Source: Candidatus Eiseniibacteriota bacterium (lineage in GTDB: Bacteria; Eisenbacteria; RBG-16-71-46). Taken from it: a stretch of DNA of 64,000 nucleotides. The stretch is from contig CAVSAC010000011.1 in NCBI GenBank assembly GCA_963725865.1, positions 32,001 through 96,000 of the forward strand, read 5' to 3'. Within the stretch, counting starts at the first letter, position 1. Every line of letters starts with the position of its first letter. The notes under the pieces are model-generated. The model was given only the letters and a program-made list of their open reading frames with translations. It was not told where the DNA came from and ran no database searches. The translations under genes and the position numbers were made by a program. Shown here one piece after another: positions 9,723 to 20,272 of the stretch.

Positions 9723-11443
9723 ATGTTCCGCCCGCGCCTCGTCGCCGTCGTCCTGGCGAGCCTCGTCATGACTGCCGCTTCCGACCAGACCACCTTCGCC
9801 GCCCGCGGCATCGCCACCCGCTCGGTGGTGTACGCGCCGCACGGCATGGTGTGCGCGCGCGCAGCCGCTCGCGGTGCAGGCCGGGCCTCGAGGTCCTCAA
9901 GGCCGGCGGCAGCGCCGTGGACGCCGCGATCGCCGTCAACGCCTGCCTCGGACTGCATGGAGCCGACCGCGAACGGCCTCGGCGGCGACCTGTTCGCGAT
10001 CGTCTGGGACCCGAAGACGACAGCACGCTGCACGGCCTCAACGGCTGCGGCCGTGCGCCGCTCGCGCTCACCGCGGACAAGGTGAAGCCCGAGCCCGACG
10101 GCACCATCCCGCTCTACTCGCCGTACTCGTGGACGGTGCCGGGCACCTGGACGGCTGGTTCGCGCTGCACGCGCGCTACGGCAGGCTGCCGCTGAGCGCG
10201 TGCTCGCGCCCGGCGATCGACTTCGCCGAGGAGGGCTTCCCGCTCTCGCCGGTGATCGCCTCCGACTGGGAGCGCTCGACGCGGGTGTTCAAGGACAAGC
10301 CGGGCTTCGCGCAGGTGTTCATGCCGGGCGGCCACGCGCCCGCGCGAGGGCGAGATCTTCCGCAATCCCGGCGCTGGCGAAGACGCTGCGCACTGCTCGC
10401 CGGCCAAGGGGCGCGACGCCTACTACAAGGGGCCGATCGCCGCCGAGCTCGTGCGCTACTCGCAGGCGAACGGCGGGTTCTTCTCGCTCGAGGACTTCGC
10501 GCGTCACACCTCGACGTGGGACGCGCCGGTCTCGACCGACTACCGCGGCTACACGTCTGGGAGCTGCCGCCCAACGGCCAGGGGATCGCGGCGCTGCAGA
10601 TGCTGAACATGCTCGAGAACTTCGACCTCAAGTCCATGGGCCGCGGCTCGCGCCGACTTCTGGCACGTGATGGTCGAGGCCAAGAAGCTCGCCTTCGCGG
10701 ACCGCGCGCGCTACTACGCCGACCCGGCCTTCGCGAAGGTGCCGGTGGCGGAGCTGCTCTCGAAGGCCTACGCGAAGCGAGCGCGCCAAGCTCATCGACC
10801 CATGGCGCGCACGGCAGCCGAGCGATCCGGCCCGGCGACCCGGCGGCGCTCGACAGCGCCGAGACCACCTACCTGTGCACCGCCGACGCGAGCGGCATGA
10901 TGGTGTCGCTGATCCAGAGCAACTACACCGGCTTCGGCAGCGGCTACGTGGTGCCCGAGCTCGGCTTCGGCCTGCAGAACCGCGGCGACCTGTTCTCGCT
11001 GCACGCACGGCCACGCCAACCGGCTCGAGCCGGGCAAGCGGCCGTTCCACACCATCATCCCCGCGTTCGTCACCAGGGACGGCAAGCCGCTGATGGCGTT
11101 CGGCCTGATGGGCGGCGACATGCAGCCGCAGGGGCACGCGCAGGTGATCGTGAACCTGGTGGACTTCGGCATGAACCTGCAGGAGGCGGGCGACGCGCTC
11201 CGCTTCCACCACACCGGATCGAGCGAGCCCACCGGGACGGTGATGACCGACGGCGGCGTGCTCCACCTCGAGGACGGCCTGCCCGACACGGTGCTCGCGG
11301 AGCTGAAGCGCCGCGGGCACGGCATCACCCCGGAATCGGTCGGCGCCTACGGCGGCTACCAGGCCATCTGGCGCGACCCCGTCACCGGCATCTACGCCGG
11401 CGCGACCGAGAAGCGCAAGGACGGCTGCGCGCTGGGATACTGA
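9723..11443 (+). CDS. ggt: Gamma-glutamyltransferase (Ntn hydrolase), secreted
   Basis: GGSAVDAAIA, NGLGGDLF, WELPPNGQG, ETTYL autoprocessing Thr, PGKRPFHTIIP, GLMGGDMQPQG, RKDGCALGY. Confidence 0.9.
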
Positions 11444-11766
11444 CGGCGGGGTCTGCGAGCGCGAGCCCGCCGGCGCCGGGCTGTCGCCGGCGCGGGACGG
11501 CGATCGCGGGCCCGGGGGGAGCCGCCCTCCGGGCGGGCCGGCCCCCGGCGCCCCGCGGACGCTGGCCACGGGAGTGCTTGCGTTCGGCGTGAAGTCGGTT
11601 ATCACCGCTGCCGATACACTTTTCGTCCCGCGTACCGGGCCCGACCCCTCGGACCCAGAAAAACGAAGCCCGGGACGAGACCGCCATGAGGGCGGCAGCC
11701 GTGCATGTATCTGGCGCACGCGGGATGCTCGCTGTCGGGCTTCCCGGATGCGCTCGGAGGGACCCG

Positions 11767-12255
11767 ATGACCGAGTCAGCCCAGCCGCGCCCCGAGGCGC
11801 GCGCCCAAGCCGCGCCGTCAGGCGCGAGCGCCTCACCGGCTCCGGCCGCCACCGTGCTCCTCGTCGATGACGAGCCCGTGGTGCGCCGTCTGGTCGAGAC
11901 CGTGCTGCGCTCGAAGGGCTACGAGGTGGTCGCGGCCGCCAGTGGCGACGAGGCGCTCCAGCTGCTGTCGCGCCCGGTGGCGCAGTCGTACCGCGTGCTG
12001 GTCTCCGACGTGGTGATGCCCGGCCCCGGTGGCTTCGACATCGCCGCCCGCTTCCTCGCCAGCCACCCCGGCGCGCGCGCGGTGCTGATGTCCGGCTCGA
12101 TCACCGCCGACGAGGTCAACGACCCGCGCTTCGACGACCGCGTGGACTTCCTCGCCAAGCCGTTCCGGGCCGCCGCGCTGCTCGAGCGGGTGGAGCGATC
12201 GCTGGCGCGCGCCGCGGCCTACAGCGCCTCGGTCGTGTCGCCGCGCGCCGCCTGA
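11767..12255 (+). CDS. Single-domain response regulator (REC)
   Basis: VLLVDDEPVVR, LVSDVVMPG, LMSG, FLAKPF. Confidence 0.85.
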   Translation: MTESAQPRPEARAQAAPSGASASPAPAATVLLVDDEPVVRRLVETVLRSKGYEVVAAASGDEALQLLSRPVAQSYRVLVSDVVMPGPGGFDIAARFLASHPGARAVLMSGSITADEVNDPRFDDRVDFLAKPFRAAALLERVERSLARAAAYSASVVSPRAA

Positions 12256-12383
12256 GGCGAGCCCAGGTGGGGCGGACGACGCCCGGTGGGAGGCGCCCGC
12301 AGGCGCCGTTTGATGCGCACTCGCCCGCTCGGGTACCCTCCCGCGGTCCTACGCCACATCCCGGACCCCTAGGAGACGCCACC

Positions 12384-14519
12384 ATGGCGGCCACGCGCGC
12401 GCACGTGACCCCGACGGCCGAGCACCATGGCCTGACGCGCGACGACCTCGTCGGCCTCTACCGCACGATGTACACCTCGCGCCGGATCGACGACGAGGAG
12501 ATCCGGCTCAAGAAGCTCGACCAGATCTTCTTCCAGATCTCGGGAGCGGGCCACGAGGCGGTGCTGGCGGCGGCCGGCAAGCTGCTGCGGCCCGGCGTAC
12601 GACTGGTTCTATCCCTACTACCGCGACCGGGCGCTGTGCCTGCAGCTCGGCATGACGCCGCGCGAGATGCTGCTCTCGGCGGTCGGCGCCGCCGAGGACC
12701 CGAACTCGGGCGGCCGCCAGATGCCGAGCCACTGGGGGCACAAGCGGCTCAACATCGTGTCGCAGTCGAGCCCGACCGGGACGCAGTTCCTGCAGGCGGT
12801 GGGCGCGGCCGAGGCGCTGGTGAAGTACCGCGACCTCGAGGGCGAGCATCCGGAGCTGCGCGGCCGGGTCCAGGGCGACGAGGTGGTCTACGTCAGTGGC
12901 GGTGACGGCACCACCAGCGAGGGCGAGTTCTGGGAGGCGCTCAACTCCGCGTGCAACCTGAGGCTGCCGGTGCTGTTCCTGATCGAGGACAACGGCTACG
13001 CCATCTCGGTGCCGGTGGAGGTGCAGACCGCCGGCGGCAACGTCGCCCGGCTGGTGAAGGGCTTCCCGAACCTGCACTGGATCGGCGAGGTGGACGGCAA
13101 CGACCCGCTCGCGTCGTACGCGGCGCTGCGCGAGGCGATCGCGTACTGCCGCGAGCGCAGGGGCCCGGCGTTCGTGCGCGCCAAGGTCACGCGACCGTAC
13201 TCGCACTCGATGTCGGACGACGAGACCAAGTACAAGCCCCAGCACCTGCGCGAGACCGAGGCCGAGCAGGACTGCCTGCGCACGTTCTCGCGCTACCTGG
13301 TGGAGCGCGGGCTGCTCGACGAGAAGAGCCTGGCCGCGCTGCACGAGGAGGTCCACGCCGCGCTGCGCCAGTCGAGCGAGGAGGCGCAGACGTCGCCGCA
13401 GCCGCCGGTGCAGACGGCCACGATGTACGTGTTCTCGCCCGACATCGACCCGACCTCCGACCGGTTCGTGAGCGAGCCGAAGCCCGAGCGGCCCGACTCG
13501 GCCGAGACCATGCTGCAGAGCATCAACTACTGCCTGCGCGACGAGATGCAGCGCAACGCGCGCATCGTGATGTTCGGCGAGGACGTGGCGGACAACTCCC
13601 ACGAGGACGCGCTCGAGGAGACCCGGGGCAAGGGCGGCGTGTTCGGCGTCACCTGGGGGCTGCAGAAGCAGTTCGGGAGCAAGCGCGTGTACAACTCGCC
13701 GCTCGCCGAGGCCAACATCGTGGGCCGCGCCATCGGCCTGGCGACGCTGGGCCTGCGGCCCGTGGTCGAGATCCAGTTCTTCGACTACATCTGGCCGGCG
13801 ATGATGCAGATCCGCGACGAGCTGGGCTACATGCGCTACCGCTCGAACAACGCGTTCAGCTGCCCGGTCATCATCCGCACCGCCTACGGCGGCTACCTGC
13901 GCGGCGGCGCGCCGTACCACAGCCAGTGCGGCGAGAGCATCTTCGCGCACTGCCCCGGCCTGCGCGTCGTGATGCCGAGCTACGCGAGCGACGCCGCCGG
14001 CCTGATGCGCACCGCGCTGCGCAGCGAGGACCCGGTGCTGTTCCTCGAGCACAAGCACCTCTACCGCCAGCCCTACGCCAAGGAGCCGTACCCGGGCCCC
14101 GAGTACACGGTGCCGTTCGGCCGGGCGCGCGTCGTGCGCCCGGGCACGACGTCACGGTGGTGACGTGGGGCGCGCTGGTGCAGCGCAGCTACCTCGCGGC
14201 GCAGGAGCTGGCCGACGAGGGGATCGACACCGAGGTGCTCGACCTGCGCACCATGCAGCCGTTCGACTTCGAGACCGTGGCCGGCTCCGTGGCCAAGACC
14301 GGACGCGTCATCGTCGCGCACGAGGACACGCTCTCGTGCGGCTTCGGGGCCGAGGTCGCGGCGCGCATGGCGCCGGAGTGCTTCATGGACCTCGACGCGC
14401 CGGTGCGGCGCGTGGCGGCGCTCGACACGCCGGTCGCCTACTCGCCCCAGCTCGAGGACGTGATCCTGCCGCAGAAGGACTCCATGGTGCGCGCCATCCG
14501 CGAGCTCGCGGCCTACTGA
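12384..14519 (+). CDS. 2-oxoacid dehydrogenase E1, fused alpha/beta subunit (branched-chain type)
   Basis: [39 protein letters not shown] motif, [31 protein letters not shown]; two frameshifts. Confidence 0.92.
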
Positions 14520-14622
14520 CCGCCGCCGCACCCAGGCTCGATCGGGCCCGCCGCGGACGAGGCGGGCCCATCGTGTCGCAGGGGCGGGGGCGCCGTCGCG
14601 CGGCCGCGCGCGTGAGGCGGGC

Positions 14623-17049
14623 TCAGCTCGCGGGGGTGAGGCGGAGCCGCCCGGCGGCGACCGCGTCGATGCGCGGTCCCTCGAGGAACAGCGGCACGTA
14701 GCCGTGTCCGGCCCACAGCCGGGTGAGCTCGCGCGCGCTGGGCGCGTCGTCGGGCACGTTGCCGGGCGGGATCACCGCGAGCGAGGAGTCGCCCACCGCC
14801 AGATCCACCAGGTGGCGGAACGCGGGGCCGTGCACGACCTCGATCGAGCGCGGCAGCCGCGACGGGGCCACGCACGGCGTGGAGTTGTCGCCGTCCACCG
14901 CCACGCTCGCGGTGCGCCACCCCGGCTCGTCCGGGTACCAGCCCGCGATCTCGCGCGGGAAGTGGGCCCGATGCGCGCGCCCCCAGCGCCAGGTCGACAG
15001 GTCGGGGCCGAGCAGGCGGGCGAGGTCGACCAGCGCGCTGTCGAGCGCGGCGGCGGCGCCGCGGGCGGGACGCTCGCTCACGCGTGCCAGCGCCGGCGTC
15101 TCGCGCGCCTCGCCGTCGAGCGTCGCGAGCAGGCGCGCGGGCAGCCCCTCGAGCCCCCAGCGCCGCGCCAGCGCCGCGTACCACGCGCGCCACAGCGTCG
15201 GCGCCACGCGGTCGCGCCGCGCCTCGAAGTCCCAGCCGCGCAGCGTGTCGAGCGCGGCACGCGCGCGCGGTCCGAGCGTGCCGCGCGCCGAGTCGGCGCA
15301 CGCCACCAGCCGCGGCACCAGCCGCGACGCCATGGTCGAGCGCACGTCGTTCTGCACGCTGCGCAGGTCGGCGAGCGTGATGGAGGGATCGCCCCCGAGT
15401 CGCTGCGCGATGCGCAGCGCGCGGTCGTGGGCCCAGTCGTAGCGCGGCAGGGGGTCGGGGAACGCGGGGCCCACCGGGCGGTTGTTGGCGTTGACCACCA
15501 CGCCGCCGGCGGGCACGTCCCACGCCGGCATGCGCTCGGTCGCGACGAAGCCGGTCCACTCGTGAGCGCCATCGCCGGGCAGGGGCCCCGGCGCCGGCGC
15601 GCGCGCGCGCCGCGGCAGCAGCCCGCACGCCTGGTAGCGCACGTGGCCGCCGCGGTCGGCGACGATGAGGTTGAGGGTCGGGGTGACCAGGGTGGCGAAG
15701 CGCCGCGCGACCTCGCGGGCGTCGCGCGAGCGTTCCACCCCCAGCATCGCCGCCAGCGTGACGCGCCCGTCCTCGAATGCCGACCAGCGCACGCTGAGGG
15801 CGAGGTGGTGCTTGCGGTCGAAGCTCACCACCGGGCCGTGCGGGGTATAGCGGCGCGTCTGGCCGGGGGGCGGGACGGAGAGGCCGAGGAAGCGGAAGCG
15901 CAGGTCGAAGGGCCGCTCGACCACGTCCGCCCAGCCGCCGTTCCAGCGCACCCGCCGGCCATCGGCGGAGAGCGTGTCGGCGTACACGTCCACCACGTCG
16001 GCCGAGAGCGCCGTCACGCCCCAGGCGCAGTCGCGGTTGCGACCGCTGACGATCGCGGGCAGCCCCGGGATGCACGCGCCGGCGGCGTCCACCACGCCCG
16101 GCACGCTCACGTGCACCACGTAGAACGGCCCGGGCGTGGCGAGGGCGAGGTGTGGATCGTTCGCGAACAGCGGTGCGCCGCTGGCGCTGCGGCTCGGGCC
16201 GACCGCGAACGCGTTGCTGGCGCGGCTCGCGCCGTCGTCGTCCCGGGGTGGGGCGAAGGCGGCGAGTGCCGCCGCCGCGCGCTCGGCCAGGCCCGCGGGC
16301 AACCCCGCGCGCGGCGCGTCCGCGGCGGGCCGCAGCGGCGCGAGGTCGCCGGCGTAGAGCCGTCGCGCCACGCTGTCGGGGATGGTGTCGTAGATCCAGC
16401 GGCCCTCGAAGCGGCGCCGCGCCGCGATCCACGCCGCGTCGTGGCGGCGCAGCTCGCGCGCCTCGCGCAGCTCGGGCAGGTCGAGGTCGAGGGTCACGCC
16501 CATGCCGAGCAGCAGCAGCACGCTGTCCTCGGGGCGCCAGTCCTCGGGGCGGTGCCCGACGCGCGCGAACTCGCGCGGCCAGGGAGCCGCGCCGCGCCGG
16601 CACAGCGCCAGGTAGGCGTTGACGCCCGCGGCGTAGCGCTCGAGCGGCTCGCGCGTCGCCGGGTCGCGGCGCTCGCGCGCCCAGATCGCCGCCGCGCGCT
16701 CGCCGAGCCGGAACAGCTGCGCGCCGCCGTCGGCCTCGAGCGTGGAGTTGCCGGCCCACTCGTAGAGGTGGCCGCGCGCCGCGCGGCGCGTGCACTCGAG
16801 CTGCCACAGCCGGTCGCGCGCCGTGACGAAGCCCCACAGCAGGTAGAGGTCGGAGAGGTCGCGGGCGCGCAGGTGGGGGATGCCCCAGCGGTCGGTGACC
16901 ACCTCGGCCGCTGCCGCGAGACCGGGCACCGCGATCGTGCCGGAGGGGCCCGGGACCGGCGGGGCCGCCACGCCACGCGCCGGCGTGTCGAGCACCGGCG
17001 CCGCCAGCACGGCGAGCGCGAGCGCGGCGAGGACCAGGGCGGAGCGCAT
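14623..17049 (-). CDS. Penicillin acylase family protein (S45 Ntn hydrolase), secreted
   Basis: Signal peptide; DRWGIPH, GFVTARDRLWQ, ASNAFAV (Ser nucleophile), ANDPHL, TPHGP, NANNR. Confidence 0.92.
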   Translation of the reverse strand: MRSALVLAALALAVLAAPVLDTPARGVAAPPVPGPSGTIAVPGLAAAAEVVTDRWGIPHLRARDLSDLYLLWGFVTARDRLWQLECTRRAARGHLYEWAGNSTLEADGGAQLFRLGERAAAIWARERRDPATREPLERYAAGVNAYLALCRRGAAPWPREFARVGHRPEDWRPEDSVLLLLGMGVTLDLDLPELREARELRRHDAAWIAARRRFEGRWIYDTIPDSVARRLYAGDLAPLRPAADAPRAGLPAGLAERAAAALAAFAPPRDDDGASRASNAFAVGPSRSASGAPLFANDPHLALATPGPFYVVHVSVPGVVDAAGACIPGLPAIVSGRNRDCAWGVTALSADVVDVYADTLSADGRRVRWNGGWADVVERPFDLRFRFLGLSVPPPGQTRRYTPHGPVVSFDRKHHLALSVRWSAFEDGRVTLAAMLGVERSRDAREVARRFATLVTPTLNLIVADRGGHVRYQACGLLPRRARAPAPGPLPGDGAHEWTGFVATERMPAWDVPAGGVVVNANNRPVGPAFPDPLPRYDWAHDRALRIAQRLGGDPSITLADLRSVQNDVRSTMASRLVPRLVACADSARGTLGPRARAALDTLRGWDFEARRDRVAPTLWRAWYAALARRWGLEGLPARLLATLDGEARETPALARVSERPARGAAAALDSALVDLARLLGPDLSTWRWGRAHRAHFPREIAGWYPDEPGWRTASVAVDGDNSTPCVAPSRLPRSIEVVHGPAFRHLVDLAVGDSSLAVIPPGNVPDDAPSARELTRLWAGHGYVPLFLEGPRIDAVAAGRLRLTPAS

Positions 17050-17106
17050 GCGCGCACTCTGCCACGCGCGCGCGCGCGCGGTCCAGCCCCGTGCTAGTGT
17101 GCCGCC

Positions 17107-18061
17107 ATGTCCGCGTCCTTCGTGCTCGCGTTCGATCTCGGCGGCACCGACCTCAAGTCCGCGCTGGTGGACGAGGACGGCACCGTGCATCACTTCGCCC
17201 GCGCGCCCTCGCGCGTGACCGAGAGCCTCGAGGCGCCGCTGGCGGCGATCGTGGCGGCGGCCGCGCGCCTGCGCGCGCTGGCGGGCGGGCCGGTGGTGGC
17301 GGCGGGGCTGGGCTCGCCCGGCGTGGTGCACCCCGACACCGGCGCGCTGGTGGGGCGCACCGCGCACCTGCCGCACTGGGACTCGCTGCCGCTGCGCGCG
17401 CGGCTCGAGGAACGCCTCGCGCTCCCGGTGGCGGTGGACAACGACGCGAACCTCGCCGCGCTCGGCGAGCACCGGCGGGCGCGGCGCGCGGGGCGCGGGT
17501 GTCCGGTGACGATCACCGTCGGCACCGGCATGGGCTGCGGCATCGTCGTCGAGGGCCGCGTGCTGCGCGGCGCGTGGGGTGGCGCGGGCGAGATCTCGGC
17601 CACGCCGGCGCTCGGCGGCGCCGGCCCGGCCTGCGCGTGCGGCGTCGAGGGCTGCATCGAGCCGCGTCTCGGGCGGCGAGGGGCTGGCCGCCGCGGCGCG
17701 CGACGCGGGGCTCGACGCGCCGCGGGCGCGCGCGACGTGTTCGCGCTCGCGGCGGCGGGCGACGCCACGCGCGGTGCGCTCGTCGCGACGATGACCGACG
17801 CGCTCGGGCGCCAGGTCGCGCTGGCGTGCAGACGTGGTGAACCCCGAGATCGTCGTGGTCGGCGGCGGAGTGGCGCAGGCGGGCGAGGCCCTGCTCGCGC
17901 CGGTGCGCGCGTCGGTGGCGCGCTACGCGCAGCCCTCGCACACACGCGCGCTGCGCATCGTGCCCGCGGCGCTCGGCAACCGCGCCGGCGTGGTGGGGGC
18001 GGGGCTCTTGGCGTGGGAGCGGCGGAAGGCCGCTGACGTTCGGCGGCGGCCGGCCGGCTAG
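17107..18061 (+). CDS. ROK family sugar kinase
   Basis: FDLGGT, GLGSPG, VDNDANLAALGE, TVGTGMGCG, GAGEI, CACGVEGCIE, VVGGGV, LGNRAGVVGA. Confidence 0.9.
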
Positions 18062-18075
18062 ACCGGGCCGGCGGC

Positions 18076-19439
18076 CTAGCCGCCGATCGTCAGCAGCGGC
18101 TCGGGACGCGGCGCCGTCGACGGACTCGCCGATCAGCGTGATCGGCGTCGCGCCCACGATGCGCACGCGGCGCAGCGTGCCCGGCGCGGAGCCGTCGTCG
18201 GCGAAGACCACGGTCTTGAAGTCGCGGCTCTTGCCGAACAGCTGCGCCTCGTCGCGCCGGCCGCGGCCCTCGACCAGCACCTCGACCTCGCGGCCGAGCC
18301 AGCGCGTCGTTGATCTCGCCCGAGATGCGCGTGCTGCAGCTCGATCAGCTCGCGTGAGGCGGCGGCCCTTCTCCTCCTCGGACACGTCTCGGGCCGCGGA
18401 ACGCCTTGGTGTCGGGCCGCGCCGAGTACTTGAAGAGGAACGCGCTGTCCCAGCGCACCTCGCGCATGTAGTCGAGCGTCGCGCGGAAGTCGTCTTCGGT
18501 CTCGCCGGGGAAGCCGGCGATCAGGTCGGTGGTGAGCGCGATGCCCGGCACGGCCGCGCGCAGCCGCGCGACGACGTCGCGGTACCTGCGCGAGCGTGTA
18601 CGTGCGGTTCATCGCCTCCAGCACGCGGTCGCGACGCCGACTGCAGCGGCAGGTGGACCTGCGGCATGACCTTCGTCGCACTCGGCCATCGCCGCGATCA
18701 CGCGCTCGCTCATGTCGCTCGGGTGCGGCGAGGTGAAGCGGATGCGCGCGACGCCGTCCATCGGCGTCGCCGCGCGCAGCAGGTCGGCGAAGTCGTGATC
18801 GCCGTGCCGCCACGAGTTCACCGTCTGGCCGAGGAACACGATCTCGCGGAAGCCCTGCGGCGACGGCGCCGCGCGACCTGGCGCACGAGGTCCGCGAGCG
18901 GAAGGCTGCGCTCGCGCCCGCGCGTGTACGGCACGACGCAGTAGGTGCAGAACTTGTCGCAGCCGCGCTGCACCGTGATCCACGCGCGCACGCCGTCGTC
19001 GCGCTTCGGCTCGAGGTCGCCGTAGGTCTCGTCGCGGTCGAGCCGGAGCTCGGCGACCGGCTCGCCGGCGGCGCGCCGCAGCAGCTCGGGCAGGTGGCGG
19101 TAGCCGTCGGGCCCACGACCAGGTCGAGCACGCCGCCTGCGTCGAGCAGCTTCGCCGCGCAGGTGCTGCGCCATGCAGCCGGCCACGCCGACGACCAGCG
19201 CGGGGTTGGCCGCTTGAGGCGCGCGAACTCGCCGAGCCGGCCGAGCACGCGCTGCTCGGCGTGCTCGCGGATGGCGCAGGTGTTGAGGATGACGGCGTCG
19301 GCGTCCTCGGGGCGCTCGCACGAGCGTCGATGCCGGCGCGCTCGAGCACGCCGGCCATGAGCTCGCTGTCGGCCACGTTCATCTGGCAGCCGTAGGTTTC
19401 GAGGAAGACGCGCTTGTCATGGGGCGGGGAAGCTACCAC
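18076..19439 (-). CDS. miaB: tRNA-2-methylthio-N6-dimethylallyladenosine synthase MiaB (heavily frameshifted)
   Basis: TYGCQMNVADSE, NTCAIRE, GCDKFCTYCVVPYTRGRERS, RIRFTSPHP, TDLIAGFPGET, FKYSARP, TRAM domain. Confidence 0.92.
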
Positions 19440-19663
19440 GCCCTCGGGGGGCGCGGCCAGCGCGGCGGGGACGGGCCCGCCGGGGACGCGATGTGGGTCG
19501 CGCCCCCGGCTGCGCTCCGAAGGTCGCCGGGAGGAGATCCCGGGTCGGCCCGGGGTGTCGGTCGCGTGGGGCAGGGACTTGAGAGCCACGCTTGACACGG
19601 ACGCACCCGGTGGGCCGTGGGGACTTCGCCGGCGTCCCGTCGTCCCGACGACCCGGAGAAGCC

Positions 19664-20055
19664 ATGCCCACCCAGCCCGCGCGGAAGCTCGAGACGTTCC
19701 CCAATCCGAGCCCGGACCGCGACTACTGGATCCGCCACGAGTGCCCGGAGTACACGGCGGTGTGCCCGGTCACGGGCCAGCCCGATTTCGGCACGATCAT
19801 CGTGCTCCTACGTGCCCGACAAGCTCTGCGTCGAGCTCAAGTCGCTCAAGCTCTACCTGTGGTCGTTCCGCGACGAGGGGCACTACTTCGAGCAGGTCAC
19901 GAACCAGATCCTCGACGACCTGGTGCACGCGATGAAGCCGCGCCGGATCACGGTCATCGGGACGCTTCAACGTGCGCGGGGGTATCACCACGCAGGTGGT
20001 GGCCCGCTACGAGGCCGACGTCGCGGCCCGCCGGCGCGCGCGCGCGCGACGCTGA
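19664..20055 (+). CDS. queF: NADPH-dependent 7-cyano-7-deazaguanine reductase QueF (type I)
   Basis: [41 protein letters not shown]. Confidence 0.92.
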
Positions 20056-20272
20056 GGGCGGGCGCGCGGGTGCGACCCGACGCGACCCAGTCACCTGGCG
20101 CTTCGCTCCGTGCCGGCTCGCCCGAGCGGATCGGTTCGTGGGAGCGGCCGGGCTCGTGGCTTCACGCTTGACCATCCGCACCGTGGCGGCGGGATACTCT
20201 TCCCTCCGCCGCTGGCCGCGCATCCCAACCGCCGCGCAGGCGCGCCCACCCGCGCCCGCCGGGGAGTCCCGC

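Noticed and set aside
12384..14519. Fused E1 alpha/beta without adjacent E2/E3 as a novel system
   Set aside because: Such fusions are well known in several phyla, and E2/E3 are often encoded elsewhere.
19440..19663. preQ1 riboswitch upstream of queF
   Set aside because: No preQ1-like hairpin with an A-rich 3' tail; it looks like an ordinary divergent promoter region shared with miaB.
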